The notes under the pieces: generated by a model
Told to the model about the DNA's origin: nothing
What the model saw: only the letters and a program-made list of their open reading frames with translations
The model's database searches: none
Translations under genes and position numbers: made by a program
Assembly (NCBI GenBank): GCA_976226885.1
Contig: OZ320318.1
Span: forward strand, 20,646,001 to 20,710,000
DNA: 64,000 bases
Direction: 5' to 3'
DNA from: Iphione sp. A-MEVVRFRX5
Lineage: Eukaryota
Shown: positions 1-15,384 of the stretch, one piece after another
How positions within the stretch are numbered: the first letter of the stretch is position 1
Layout of the letters: each line of letters starts with the position of its first letter

Positions 1-1029
1 ACATAAGACGACACGGCGAGCTAACTTCAAATTACGTCTCATTTCATAAAATAAATCCACTAATTAGGATGAGCAATTAAAAACTATGTAGCTGATAAGA
101 GGCAACAGATAACATCACTACGCAAAAAAAGACTGAAGACGAGTGAAACACAGTTATGAAACGTGATATAAGAATGTAAAAATACGCAACTGGAAACCAC
201 AGGAGTTTGCTAAACTGAGGCTTACAGATCGGTCACGTCGTTTTGCCGCAGGTTTCTTTTGGTTCATTGCAGACGACACTTTTTCCACTAATTTTTACGG
301 CAACTTTTGCAATTATCCAGAATGTTCGGAATTTGAACGCACTTTCGTCACTAATTGAACAGCCCAACAACTTTTTAAACACCACAGAGCACGCGTTTTG
401 AACTCGGAACTCCTTATTCATAATAATTTGGAGAAACTAGCAGAAACCGCGTCTTGAAACTATTTCAAAATTAATCATCAGCTTGATTATGATATCCACA
501 CCAAAATTAAAAAAAACACAAGAAAGATTTTTCACATTGACAAATATTCAACAAAGCTGTGTCGCACACTAGTCTACCATTCATAAAGTCACATCGATTT
601 TTAGGTTTCATATTAAAGTGTTACTTCTAAATTCATTAAGAAAATTCAGTATTATTAGGTTTTAAAATCATACTGTGCAGTGATAACGATGCGGCAGATT
701 TTGTATCACATCCCCAGGTCCACGTATGCGTAAAAAGATCCCAGGTTACCTGATTCAAATAACGCGAGGGAGAGAGGCCTGGATGCTCTGTCTTTATTCA
801 CGCCAACAGATTTTAGTAGACATTCAAATTTAATGTAAAATATCATAATTTAATGAGTATAGATACATTAATCTAGTTTAGGATAAGAATCTACGAAAGA
901 GATATTGATGTGAAGACTCCTATACTAGGCTGAGACTTTAGGGTGAAACAAACTTACAGTAATGAAAGCTTGGGCACATTCACAGCTGGATTATTGGTAC
1001 CGCGCGGTCACACATCCACAGTTGTCATA

Positions 1030-1091
1030 CAGAGACTAACCTGAGACTTCTCAATCAGTGGACCAGTGCTCTACCACTGAGCTAACTCCCC
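1030..1091 (-). mobile_element. tRNA-derived SINE head or tRNA pseudogene fragment
   Basis: The minus strand reads GGGGAGTTAGCTCAGTGGTAGAGCACTGGTC, an intact Pol III A-box/D-arm resembling eukaryotic tRNA-Thr. The anticodon arm and B-box are degenerate (GGTTAGTC instead of GGTTCGA), so it is not a functional tRNA. Confidence 0.6.
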
Positions 1092-2229
1092 ACCTGTCAG
1101 TTGTGCCATAGTCTTATTACCCTGTGGATGGCCCACACCTTTGGTGTCGGCTCTTCTTTTTTCCATGCTTTTGTTGGGTTGGGGCAGGTGTTTTACAGAG
1201 AAGAAGAGGAGAAATGGAAAACCCTTGTATAGCGTGTGCAGTGCCCGAGTATGGGTTTATGGTTGCACTGTAAATACACGTTATGCGGTCGTTACTGTTG
1301 ACTGCTGCTGACAAATGCAGGTAATTTGAACTCTGAACATCCACGATGTTGCTTCACCGGCTCGTCAAGTCTCCCCAAACATTTAAGGGTATTCTGTGAG
1401 TGTTGCCTTTATATATGTGACAGCCCGATGCCCAGGGAAGTGATAGCCTATATCCACAATCAGAGGAGCCCACTCGGATATGTTATGTACCGGTGAGATT
1501 TAATCAGCACGTCCAAGGTTGGCTAGCTGTCACTTCTTGACGACCACCCACTCCTTTCCTATGAACAGATAAACTCTCCCTCCGCCACTAAATGCATGTG
1601 TACACAAACATGAGAATCCATAAAAGCCCCGTACTTGATGTAGCGTGAATCTGATAAACCGACAGGAAGCGTCAGTGCCATTTAAATCTGGAAGTCGATA
1701 CTATGGGCTATTTCGACAGATAGGCAGCAATACTCATTTCCAGCTCATACAATACAATCTTTACAACTTCATCATAACTACATCATCATAACTAAAAATA
1801 TAGGAATGGTATTAAAAGGAGGTCAGATAGGCCACCCCACACTTTAAACTGTACCTCAGTGGCTGAAACGAAAAACCCACTTGCCTAACAATACAGGAAT
1901 ATTTCTCACTTAAATATCCCTCATAGAGACACCGAGAAAACTCATTATGATGATCGGGCAATCATATCTATCGTGACATTTAGCGTACAGCCGGACCAAA
2001 TGCCACTTTAAGACAAATTGACGTTCAGTATTCACAAAAAAACACCAGCTTTGTGGGGCTCGGTGAATAATAATATTTTTTCCAGCAAATTGTTCACATA
2101 GGCATGCCCATTCGTGTAGAAGTCTTACAAGACGCCCATCCATCCGGGCACTTCAGCCGAGCGGAATGATGTAGGAGGCAGACTGATGTTTTATGCCAAA
2201 GCCGCCGCGTGGCGTGAGATGGAGGGCCG

Positions 2230-2500
2230 AAACGTATGGAGAGAGACAGGTAGATGGATAGGGAGGAAGAAAGAGGGAGATTATACTTATGTTCTGAAGA
2301 GAAACAAGGAGGGAAATCTGGTGATATGAAACGAGCGAAGATGACGGGAAGAGAGACAGGGAGACTGAGAGCGACAGGGAACGGAAAGACAGACAGGGAA
2401 TGAGAGAAAAGGGAGAAAGAGAAATGCGGAAAGGGAAGGATAGACAGAGAGATCGAGATGTAGTCGTGTAAGCAGACAGCAGGGGAAAAAGCGAAGGGAG
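2230..2500 (+). repeat. GA-rich low-complexity purine tract
   Basis: Almost pure A/G sequence with GAGA/GGGA/GACA units. It explains the Ser/Leu/Phe-rich minus-strand ORFs 2094-2510 and 2153-2506. Confidence 0.85.
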
Positions 2501-3025
2501 ACGCATACACTATAACAATAGACGGTAAGGAAATACGGCCGACGATAACATTATCCTGATTAAAAGTATGGAAACCGAAGATTGTCAGGGGCCAATAGCC
2601 AGTTGGATTTAATAAGCTGAAAAATGGAAGGCCTTCTTAGGCAGGACAATAAAAGCATGCACCATTTCAGAGATGGTACATGCATGTAGTGACGCAGGAG
2701 AAAATGTATTGTTTTAAGATCCTAGTGATAATTACCGAATCACGATCACTATTTGCAGACACACATTCGGCAACAGTAGCAAAAAAAATCCCACGAGGCT
2801 TGTAGGACAAATAAGGTAAAATGTTTGCCTGCAAGGAGCGTTGTATTTGCATTGCCATGGTTACCTGAAACTCCTGTCGGTGCATGTTGCAAGCCACCTT
2901 GGGAGCAGAGGACGGAATAAATTGGTGCATGGGTGGGTCAGCGTGTTTGTTAATGGTCCTTTACGAGAGACTTTGAGCAGTGCCGGTAACAGCGGGGGAG
3001 GGCGGGGCTTGAGAAAACCTGGTAA

Positions 3026-3050
3026 GGGGATGGGTAGGTGGGACTTTGGG
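3026..3050 (+). other. Canonical G-quadruplex-forming motif
   Basis: GGGG-AT-GGG-TAGGT-GGG-ACTTT-GGG matches G3+N1-7 x4. Folding is not shown. Confidence 0.5.
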
Positions 3051-5255
3051 AGAAAGTGGCCTAACAGCAGGTTCTGGGAAAGGAAAACAAACCGGCAGGG
3101 AGTCTTGTTTGCTGTCACCCTCCACCATCCGTGTTGATTGATGTTGGCAAAACTGTCCTCTTAACACTAGAAAATAGACTTCTTACGAGGACCCCTCCTA
3201 GTCGAGCAAGGCCTACACGCACGGTAGGCGAACTTATTATATGTCCATCATTGTCGCAATGTTTATCGATGCCCAGTAATCCAAGCTATGATCTATGTCC
3301 TCGGGGCGAAAGGCGAATACATCGATGCACCTGTGCTATGAAAGCTCTTTCATATAATGAGTTAATAACTCCCCGGGGCTCGTGGTCCTAGCGCTTGCGT
3401 ATGAAACTCATTATAGGAAGCCTCGCCGAAAACATTGTTAGTTTTCTACATGTGATAAAACACCACGGCCCCTCCACCACCCCAGTGCCCCCCACCCACC
3501 CCGGTGGCTCTTTTTCTGCTTCTTTGAACATGCTCCAAGCACTTTATTGTATGCAGCTACCAGATTGAGTGATGCTGATAAATCAAGCACAGATTCCAGA
3601 TGGGGCCATTTAGACGTTATAGATTAAGGTCCAATTTCCATGTCTCTGTGTATCTCTGTTGTGTGTTCATGGATGTTCACTTTAGACTTCGGTCCTATGG
3701 GGATACCAGCAGGAGTGTTTCCATGCACATGTGTAGCATGTAGTATGTTGCTAGTGTCAGTGTACGGTGTTTTCAGAATGGAACATACCACATTCTGCTG
3801 TGATCTGTGCCGTGCATATGCATGTTTGGGAATGGGAACCATGGTTAACTCCTAAGGTGTAAATGATGAACACACTACACAGACAGATGTGAGCAAGGTA
3901 ACATTGTGAGACAATTCATGGTGTTTTACAGCCCCATCAACTACACAGCTAAATGAAAACTTGGTCTAAAGCATGACTTTCTGGTGTTCATTTCTGACCT
4001 ATACATATCTCTTATCAATCAGTCTCTGATGAAAATGAATAATGCAGTGTACTTTACGTACATGATCCAGATTTTCTATATTTTTTCTACTGAATAATTT
4101 AAAAAAAAACAAAATGTAAAGTATAACATTTGAGATAAATCTAGTGAAGGATGGAAAGCTATGATGAATTCAACTTTTGAAGTAGAGGATAAACAAAAGG
4201 GTGACATTTTGACTCTTATACAATGAAGGGATGCCATGGGTTGTATAACATCCTTCCTGTTATATTTTCAAGTAATTTGTTTAGGACATTTATTAGCAGC
4301 AATGGGGGGACTAAAGTGGTACTTTATTGTGGTATAATACGATTTTCATTCTGGTCCCAACCTAGAATTTATAAGATGACAAAGTACATTAAATCATGGC
4401 CTGAGACCACTTTGAAGATACACCAATGACTTCCATGAGGCAGTCATTTTATATGAATATTCTTTCACTTATTATATACTCAGCAGACTGAGAAGACAAA
4501 CACTGTGAGGGAGCACCGCCGAAGTTCATCATATTCTGAGTGTGGCGAAGTGAATAAGGTCATTAATCGATACGACTGACAGTATTTCAAACATTTCAAA
4601 GAAGAAAATTTCTGACAGCAACCAGATTTATTGTAGCCAGCTCCGAATTGCACGACGTTAGTTAACTAGGAAGTATCAAACACTTTCCCTTCTTTATCAT
4701 ACTCGTTTTGAGCACACAAAGAACCATGTTGGAGCTCAAATTGTTGCTGCCCACGCGATAGGATTCATGTGACTGCCTGGCACTGTATTCATGTTCCAAG
4801 TAGGCTTGGCTTGTCAACACCCAGAGCACGTCCATGGACGATATAAGGGTGTCACTGGGGCCACATGGACATCTCGATACCCAAGCCTACACCTACACCT
4901 ACACACAGACATACACACACAGACATAAAGCCATTCTCATTGATACACCAGGAATAGACATTCCCGATCACTCTTACAGACAGACATACACACCTAGAGC
5001 GACTCGTATACATATATAGACCACCATCATGGCGTCGCCTTTTGTTGCTAAAAGGCCAACTTTCATCCATACATGCTCGTACAGAAGCAAATACCTACGT
5101 TTTAATATCTCGTTGAGTCGACGATATGTACGGTTCTGTTTTGTAAAATGATTACTATCACACACTCAAAAACGACGGACATGCAAAAATTTCTGACGTG
5201 GCTGGGAAATCAATTACTCATGTCCATTTCATGCTTTCCTTTTTTCTTACCCCAG

Positions 5256-5479
5256 GGTATCAATCAAGCATGTTCAGTGGAACTTGCACCCACCGTTTCA
5301 AGCAAAAGTGGCTGGAATAGCCGGTCATCGCATATCCAAATCATTTTCAACTTTAACCATCAGTGTTCCCATCGGTTTCAACTGTAGAATTACTGATATT
5401 ACATTGTTCCGGCGATGCAGTTTGCCTTATAGGCATTACATACGACTTTTGTCAACCGAAGTTGTCGAGAGACTGTCTG
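5256..5479 (+). CDS. Candidate internal exon (224 nt), unknown product
   Basis: Strong acceptor (ttcatgctttccttttttcttaccccag) and donor TG|gtaagc, with one frame open throughout (VSIKHVQWNLHPPFQAKVAG...EVVERLS). No recognisable homology. Confidence 0.15.
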
Positions 5480-7875
5480 GTAAGCCCCGAACCAGTACCC
5501 ATTCTTTATTGTTTCGGCAAGTCTCATGGCTACCACGCCCTCTGTATTGAGGCCCTATCTTAGTGTCAGTGTAAAATGTTGCTTTCATGCTAAAAATTGC
5601 TATATCACAGGGTGAGGAAACGGTATTGTCAAGTTGACTGTATTTCTGATATTTTTGTTGATAAGATTAATGAAGGAATAGTCGATTCTCTATATGGTGG
5701 ATTAACTGAATTTCTGAGATGACCGCATTGTGAGGTTCTACTATGTATATTTTCAACACATATAGATTAAACTAATGCTAGCTTGTCTGTCCATAATTCA
5801 CTACATATTTATAAAATGCACCTCATATATAGCGACCAAAATACCTATAAAGCGCCAGCGACACCCTCCAACCCTACATTCACAAATACAATTAATACTC
5901 CGATGCTCCCTATCTTCCAACCGTTTCCACATAAAACACGCACATACACATGAATGCTTGTTCACTACTCCAACATTCAAGTTCGTTGCACCTCTCCATT
6001 TGGAAATGGTGGCGTCAAAATGGCCCGGACCTAGAACATTTGGTTTCAAATCTAAAGGTCAGCGACTGGGTTCTCGCCAGGACGGACTATTTCTGATTTA
6101 GACTACGCTGTCTTTGGTTCATTACCTTTCATTGGATATACACTTTTCAGCTAGACGAAGGCCATGGGTTCGATGTTTCCCTGAGCCCATAGCACACGAT
6201 AAAACTGGTGTATTTACTCACTCACTGTAAGGGAATCTGACACACGGACTTGTCATCTCTAGTACAGCTGTAATGGAAATCCTTGCCAGACAGTTTAGAG
6301 GTCCATTGCAGTTTAGAGGTCCATAAACACTAAAGGATTCTGGGCCATCAGGACCCTTTCCATCTGCGTGAGTTGGTACAGATCTACACATGGATCCAGA
6401 TCGACCAAATAGTGGTCTGCATGGATCCTGCATCATGGATCCGTACAACCCACGTACAAGGGTATACCCTAACAGAATATAATCGTAGATCGTATCACCC
6501 GTGTCCGTACAAGCCATATGCATGGAAAGACTCCCTTACATTTGATGCTTCAGGGAGTAAAACGGATTGATCTACATGGACCAAGAACAGTAGGCAATCT
6601 CAAAGCCCTTTTCTCTCACTATACACAACTATCAAAACGCTACTATAAGAGATATCAAGAGAGCATCTTTGTAAACAAACAAAAAACCTTCTTTTGATGT
6701 AAATCTAACTAAAACATTACCTTAAATGCCCTTAGATTAGGCAGAGGAAGCCCTCTAAACAATTCGGAATGGCCTTTTTAAACGAAAGGAATAGAGCCAG
6801 TTTGATTTGTGTTTGTCCCTATATTCGATCGTCTGAGTCACTACAGGGCTGGATCGACTGAAAACTTGTCGAAATGGAAAAAGAACCATGAGTCACTAAC
6901 AAGTAGTTAATTGCCTTCATCCATGCAGGTAAAAAGCGCCACCATGTAGACAACAGTGCCTATCTATATGCATCTATATAAAAGACCTAAAATGTTTAGC
7001 CTTGTGTAGCTATACTTTTACCCTTCCCTCATGGGAGAGTTCCGTTTGCTTGGCTGGAAATTTCTAATTGCCTATAGTCACCCAGAGTGGCTGCCAATCT
7101 AACAAGAATGCCTGCATTATTGATTGACACCACGAACACAGTGTTTTTCGTATGGTCGTAACCTCTTTTACGGATGAATCTAGCTTGAGCACATAGCGAG
7201 TGCCACCTTAACGCTAGGATTCCCCAACTAAACTGCATCCAATCTACAGCCCATTGAAACCATTACGACTGAAACATTTTTGACTGCATATATGAGACTC
7301 ATCCAGAGATTAAGTAATATGCCATGCATTACAGACATCACAATTATTATCTCCTTCGTTCCAACATCATCCCTTTAGTTAAGTGGATAAGAGGAACATT
7401 GATGTTGGCAAAGAAATAATTCTCTATTAGAATACCCCAGCGCAAGTCATTCTACAAATATGTTCACTGAAGCATGAAATTATCCGATTCGAAGAGGACG
7501 GCCGCACGGTGAACATAAAGCATTGCGGTCATTCGTTCTCCTAACATGTATGTGCTTGGACACAGAAGAAGCACCTAGATGGAGTTACCACATAAACACT
7601 CACACCTACTGGTCACACCAGCTCACTCCCTATGTTTCCCTGCTGTCTCACCCCATCTCTAGCCAATCTCTGCATTTGTCCTTTCGGTTCTTCAGGCGAA
7701 ATTTGCAGTACAACGCAAAAGTGTTGCCGAATATCTCACATTAATCATACCATGTAAATGTCATAACACGGGCTCATTACTATAGTATTTCCTTTTCATG
7801 GAATATAATACGTGGATCCTGGATTAATTACTCACTGTCCACATGAACCTTTCTATCTCTGAAAGCGTGTTAAAA

Positions 7876-7946
7876 ATGCCACCAGAAAGGTGGAGGGCAC
7901 TGTTCAAAGCATACTTGTATGACATACGTCATCAAATAATTTTCAG
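7876..7946 (+). CDS. Candidate alternative first coding exon MPPERWRALFKAYLYDIRHQIIF(S/R), or recursive splice site
   Basis: aaaaATG start, open for 23 codons, ending in phase 2 at the perfect donor CAG|GTAAGT (7947-7952). Confidence 0.25.
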
Positions 7947-9934
7947 GTAAGTAGAGTTTTTTTTAGTAAGATTAGCTATATATGAAACACAAATTTCTTA
8001 GGTCCTTGGCCAACGACATTTTAACGCGATGATGTAGTTCAATCATATGTACAATCAAAATGTATAAATATGAAAAACAACTTGCTTTCTGTCCAGTTAC
8101 CCCTTCATCATCAAGGCAAAATGCACGTCAGCTTGCCCTGGGGGCGGAGGGGTTGTGGCTGAAAAACCCACAGAGGCCATTTATTTTGTTAATTGAGCAA
8201 AGAATGAACAATAGACGGACACCTGGGTTAGAATCACTCGGTATTTGACAGGAGTTGGCTTTATTCAGAAGTATGATGAAAGTGAATAGTGAAACTATAC
8301 TCTATACTGAATTCAAATAAGGTATTACAAGTCCTCAGCGACATGCAAGACTAGGAACAATGCTGAGGAATGAAATTGTCCTTGTCATTACCATGATAAA
8401 ATACATGTATAAGGGCAAGCATAATTTTACAGCCTTCTCGCCAAAATCACGTAAATGTTAAATGAACAAATTGTTTCATGGTAATAACAGGTAAAAATAC
8501 TCTTGTGCTCAATTTTCAAGTGAATTACATGTATGAGCAAAGCGACATTTGCTGATGTAAGACTGGGAACAATGTTGAATACAAGGACGTCCTTGTTATT
8601 TCTGTCAACAGAACACGTAAAGTCAGGAATATATTCATTCCCTTTTTCACGATGACGTAACATAAACACATTGATCGGACAGACTAAAAGCGCAACGAAA
8701 TCAAACCGCGCCGCTGTCAAAATATTCCCAGCAGCTGAGGTCATATTCAACCTTGTCATAAAGATTCCACGACTGAAAGTTCATCCGTTGTTTTAACCTT
8801 TTCCCACTGGAATGAAACACATCTCCCCGACATATCGACCGAGTCTATATGGATGCATACTGACAGACTCGGGAGAGTTGACCGCGGTATAAGGTCGTTA
8901 ATAGCATACTGTCACAAGGATGGGCGGACATGGTAATGATGCGGCTGACAAGTGGCGACTCCCAGCGGTGAGGGGGGTGTGACAGGTCATTTCTCCCGTA
9001 GCATGTGATGGCGGTCTCGCTAGCATCCACCTCCGCTTCTCACCCCCCCCCCTCTGCTCCATCAACAAAACTCACCTTATTTCCAGGTCTTCACATGTTT
9101 CGCTTCCACAACGCATGACCAGCGCCAAGTCAGGCTGCTAACTTGAGCGCATCCTCTGCACTCTGAGCCAACAGACTGTGAAACGCGTTGTAAATTAACA
9201 GGTCCGCCAGCATCATGTTTGGCCAACCTGTTGAACCTGTCAGCTTCGAGCGCGCTGATTTTTTTGTCTTTGAGTACTCAAGGCAGCCTTACGCAGCCAT
9301 CTACTGTCCACATAGTTGTGGTTATGGCACTCCTGGGCGTACCTTACAACACATATTGCTACGCATGAATGGGTTTACCCCTTTCAAGTTTATTCCCTGC
9401 TTATGTAGTACATGTATAAGCGACATCATACCCCACAATTTCATTTTATGTGTACCATACTCAGTAAAACAAATATAAATGGATCATTACTTTGGTAAAA
9501 GGTTCTCGTATTAAAATCAGATTTAAAGTGAACGGGGCATGATAATAAGAACAAGTGCACTAGCATGATTGAATGTTCTTGTTGGACAAGTAGTACCATA
9601 AAACACTCAATTTGCTGTCTCATGCGGTATTGCAGAACTCATACATCTAATAGAACTGGCATACTATGCCAGTAGTGTCTTTAAACCTTCAAATACATGA
9701 TGCAAATGATGCCAACAAACCAACAGAACCATTTTGCAATACATGTACTTGTCAAAATATTTGACAAATTGAAATTTGTAATAATCAAATTTAAAATAAT
9801 CATTTTGAAATATTCTATTTTAACGACGAAGATGAAATCCTGGAGTTGCCTTCAAGATGTATGTATTGTGTTAGGATGTACGTAATAATAGATGTAATAC
9901 ATGTAACGATTAGCTAAATGTCACTTTAGTAGAC

Positions 9935-9987
9935 ATGTACCCCTTAGGCACATTCCTCAAAAGGTCGGGTTTCTGCCAGAATACCAG
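9935..9987 (+). CDS. Candidate alternative first coding exon MYPLGTFLKRSGFCQNT(S/R)
   Basis: ATG at 9935, open for 17 codons, phase-2 end at the perfect donor CAG|GTAAGT. Confidence 0.2.
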
Positions 9988-12900
9988 GTAAGTAACAAGT
10001 CGAGATGAACGGTGCTGTTGTGGTACCTTTACGTCCAGATGAATAGATATGGTATCACGCGTGCGTATAACTTGACATATATACATACAACATTACACAT
10101 GGCCCACACTAACTGACAAACATACACATCCACATCACACATATTGACCCTATGTGTGTATTTATTTATGTTTGTCTTTACTCACACGGATGGGGAGACA
10201 CACAGATTGAGCTACATTCCAGGCAATTCACACAAGCTACCTTCCCGGCCCTATACATGTTTAACATGTGTAGGCCCATGTTTTTGCTTCGGTAGATACG
10301 TGTATTTCTTCCTGTATGGGCCACGACGCACACCTATAGAATATTAGACGCGAAAGATACATTCCACACAAGTCATACTGTGGACACGTACGGCGGTGTG
10401 TGTGTCCCTGTCCCTTTAAGTGTGTGTTCACGTGCCTCCGTGAGAGATATATGATAGAAATCAGCTCCTGAAGGCTATGACCCCTGGCCTAACCGCACCC
10501 TGGCTGAGAGGAGCCTGAGGGTTGGCAAGGAGACAGATGGACTGGCACCGTGGGCTCGCCGACCGTGCGCTGAATATGATTACCTGGGGGCCACGAGGAC
10601 ATGCCTCCCTCGCTATTAGCCAGCCGCCTGCTGGGTGTAAAGACCCAACACCGCCATATTAGATCTGCCAGCATCTCCTGTTACCACACATCAGTGATAT
10701 GGAAGCAGGCACGGAAGGACAGCATTTATCTTGTTGGTCTTTTTTTTTTTTAGCTGATATGTATTCATTGATACAGGGGATCTTGCACAGTGAGTCTGGC
10801 ACAATCTTCCCCTTACTGTGTCCATATACGTATAATTATCTCAATGGTTATATAGGGGAGATATACGATATACATAATCAGAATATTGTGGATGGGGGTG
10901 AGGTAGGTCTCCTTCATATATCACAGCCGAGATTGCCTTGCATTTCCTTCTCTGCTTATGGTATCTCTTGTGCAGATTGTTTTTCTATTTGTGAGTCAGG
11001 TTACTGGGACTGTAATATACTCTGTAATCATATGAAGGGACAGTATTTGGTGAATAGGATTTTCATATAGAAGGGAGAGCATGTAGAAGGTATTGCTGCA
11101 GTTCGAAATGTCCATACTGAGAAAAGGAGTCGCACACACACACGAGCCTGTTACTTAACATCTCGACGTTCATAGTCAATACACGTTCTGATTTCATCAC
11201 AAGGTTAGATGGATAATGAAGTGGGCACATTTAGTGCAAGATATAAAAGCACAGTGTAGATTGGCAAACAGCTGACCTCAGGTGCACTGTTTTCACCGCA
11301 CCCCTGACAGAGCAAACCACACTTCAGCCTCCTCAAATGACACTTTCTTACCAACCCGATGACACCTGACACTGTCCAACCGAGAAGGGAACCCATCTGG
11401 TGCCCCGGTATGGATTCTGACCTGAGAGGGCCGACCACTGTGGTTTCCACAGTCGAAAATAGGTTAATTATTAAATTAATGAAGCCACACGAGAATGCAG
11501 GCTGTGAACCACAGCTGCTCGTAGCCGTATGGTTTTCCTCGTGGAGGGTAGGCCGAGGAGGTAATTGTAGGGTAGCAGTTGCCTCTCAACTCCTCTTGTT
11601 ACTTCATTATGCAGGGTTTCCCTCAAACGTTCAGCCCTTACCTTTGTTTTGTGGCAGTTACCCCTTTAGAAGACGAGACTGACAATATGGAATCTTTCCT
11701 GTGCTGAGCGTCACTATTTAGCCTTGTTCACCCAGAACAGCACTTTACAGCGTGTTTCTCATGGAGATGTGGTAATTGGTTGGATAGTAGGTCTGTGGAT
11801 TGATTAATTTAGATAGGATTCAAAGAACACCATCAAAGCAAGAACCAGCGCTTAATATCCGCCGAATATAACTGATTCAACTGACGTTTTGTAAGGGATC
11901 AAGTAGCCGTTCTCTTTATTGTCTGGCCTTAATTATAAGTGCCAGAAAACGTTTAAAGCTGACTATGTGTGTAATCTACTACGTACGGGAGAGGTAAACT
12001 ATAGTGACAACTCTGCATGTTGTTAAACAGATATAGATGTAAATAAGAAACGCTACTTGAGGGACAGAACATAAAGTTGTCATTATCTGAATTCAGGACA
12101 CACTCGGCCAGGACGTAGTGTTCTCCAGAGTGCAGCTTGTTATTGTAGAGATAATTAAGCGCAGGGGAATTCTAAGTTTTGAGCAAATTGTCAATGGAAT
12201 TTCAGGACTAGCTAGTTTTCCGACCAGATATAGACGCTCAAAGGCTTTGTGATTCCGCCAATATTCATTGAAAAGGCACCACAAAGCCTTTGCGAAGAAG
12301 AAATCTGTCAGAACGGGGACTGTTTTCACAGGGCATTGACAAATAATCCCTGTCCCCTTGTTCTCTTCCCGTTTTACGCGCGTTGCCTCAGAGCAAATCT
12401 CTCTGGTCTTTTTCTAAGCAAATACTAAAGGTAGTCTACCATTATTTGAACGATAAACACAGCTTTGGGTAATTCAACTGCACAGCGACCTTTCCCATTC
12501 AGGAAGGACAGGTTGTGTGCAAACTTGACGGAACAAGCGCCAAGAAACACACATTTGGCAAAGTACATAAACCTGCCGTATCGTCTAACCCGATAATGCT
12601 AACCATTAAGGAGAAACACTACCATAATATCATACGCATTACCTTGTACATTGTATATGATAAATCTAAGGTAATATTTTGAGACTGAATTTGTCTAGGA
12701 TGTTGTGCTTTGATTTAATGTCATTTCGGAAAATAAATGAAAAGTGAAATCTGTGACCTAAATGAAGATTGCGCCGTATCAACCATGAGACGAGAAAAAA
12801 ATATAACCGGATATATTTTGGAATTTTCGTCGCCATAGCGAGCGAGAATATTTTCAGAGTGTCGTCTATAGGGCACCAGCAAACCAGAGGCGGTCCATTA

Positions 12901-15384
12901 GGGACAAGGTGGAGTTCGCACCATTCTGTGCCTCGAGGCGCCCGCTGGAGCGTAGGTCCGCGACAGTACACCAAGTGGAAACAGTTTGACACTGAAGGAG
13001 GCCGAGAGGGACTCCACAATGCTTTCTCCCTACGCGTTAGCAAGCAGCGCCCTCATCGTAGCAGGGCGTCTGCAGTTGTCTCTCCCTTTGGTGTCTGAAA
13101 ATACCGTCGAGGGAGGGGCTTCCCACTGTTTAGAGTAAAAGACATATAAGACTCAGTGTGGATAGATGTTCATCTGGGGAGAAAAGAAGAGAACAAACAA
13201 GAAAAATGAGAACAAAGAAACAGAATGGCTTGCAAAGAATGATTCCTTCTCACTGTTAGTGCAAAAAGCATAAGACTGAGTGTGGCTGGGTGCTCCTCTA
13301 GCGAGAAAAGTAGAGAAACAGTCGCAATTCACCTTGTGGACAACTTGATTAGGAGGGCAACTTAGGATTAAGTGCAAGTTTCATTTGTCCCCATGGTTTA
13401 TTTTCTAGGATATAAGTAATTCAGATAGGAGGGCAACTTGCAGTTAAGGGCAACTTTGTCTGGTCTCATTGGTGTTCTTAATTCTGAGTTGCTACTGCAG
13501 TATGTAACTATGAGAAAGGAACAACTAAAAATATACTGAAAAAGATAGAGATAAAGATAAGAAAAATTTTCTATTTGAATACCCAAGAAACGTGCGAGGT
13601 AGAATTCGGCTAAAAACTGAGCAATGCAGAGCCACACAAATTTACGCAGTCATGATGAAAATTTTAGACTGGGTTTCATGTGCTCAGAGATACACACATG
13701 CATGTGTCCAGAAAAGTGATCGTGTTATGTTCAACATGATTGTTCCCATGGGTCCATGTCCATGGGTCTGTGGTCCGTGTCTTGAAACTGAAAACAGAGG
13801 TAGGCCATAAAATTACATGTTTTCCAGACATGGGAGACCCATATAGATGAATAGTTCACTGAAATAGGCATGTTAAAAAGAAGAAACACTATTAAAATAT
13901 GTTAGATGTGAAATTTTTTTTAAATTTGTATATCACTAAAAACCACACAATATCCATGACCTCCATGAAACAACACACAGTTTCCATCGATATGCCTCAA
14001 CCTCCATGGATACATACATACATACCTACCTAACTACCTACCTACCTTCGCTGGAAGATCGCCTTATGTATCATATCGAGAAGTGGAATCATAAACTTTA
14101 CCTACCTGCTATGTACACATAGGAAGCTGGTCTTAAGGACATATACATGCACATATTAAGGAGTCATATGTACACAATTATATGTATATAACTGATCATT
14201 CTTGTTTCTTTGGAAACCTGGTGAATAGTGAAGTCCAGAAATATTCAACGAACAACTACTTTGTATACTTTTGATTAAAAATCTTGATCTCTCCTCCGCG
14301 ATAAAATGAGAAAATCAACACTGCCTATCATATCACCGTGTGAACTCGGGTTTTCCGACCATGACGTTAAGTTTAGCTTCCGTCTCGGGCTGCGTTTGAT
14401 CCCCGCCTCCTTGTTAAGTGTTCGTCCAGATGGGACGCCCTTATAATGAGCGCCGCCCCGATGGGCCACTGTGGTACTAAAAGGTGATGAATCGTTGTAA
14501 CGGTGCGTTAATAGGGCCGGCTAGACGCAAGACTGCAGGTGTTGATGTACACCTACACTTTAGAGAAGAAGGGGGAGGTGTTTGGCAGGACGCGAAGGTG
14601 TTTTCTTTTAAAGTCTTCATCCGCGCCGGCAATGTCACCGATGCTAACACATCGAGAGAACTCTTTCCATCACTCCTCTAAGAAGTTTATCTGTGCTAAG
14701 GGAATGGGAGTAGCGAGGTACAATGTCGAAGCGAGTAAAACGTAATTAATCTGCAAAGTCCTGGAGATGCGAATGGAGGAGAAAACGAAATTAACCTACC
14801 TAGAGCGCTGTGTTTTGTTTTGAAACTCCTCAAAGCGACATCCTATGTAGAAATGTATTTTCACAGCCATTCTTTGAAATGACATTTGCGTATTCAAAAT
14901 ATTTATTGCACAGCTTTTGATAGAGTCCTCGCCTAAAGGCTTATGATCTGTGAGATCCTCTTTTTCGTATTGTATACTCAATGTACATATACATATACAT
15001 GTATATACATATATAGAGTCAGACAGAATAAACCAAAAACTTATTTCTTCTTATTTGAACAGTTTTAGGTGAGATACAAGCTGTTTTAATATTTGTAACT
15101 TTCCCTGTTCAATGAATTAACAGGATGTCTCCTGCAGTAGACACCATACGGTTAACAAGGTCTCATTCTATCTTATATTTATGTACTTTCCTATATGTAT
15201 CATTGTATTGGCTTAAACTCAAGAGGAAGCTCAAAAGTGTCTATTTCTATAGAGTACTTTGTATAAAATGATCATAAAGACACATTTCTCCCGAATAATG
15301 ATAACGTATAAAACAGGACAAACAGCCGACTATAGTCTAGATCACTCCTTTCTTTGATAAGTATGCAGAAGCCATATAATCAAG

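Noticed and set aside
2094-2510. 138-aa and 117-aa Ser/Leu/Phe-rich minus-strand ORFs
   Set aside because: Translation of a GA-rich low-complexity tract.
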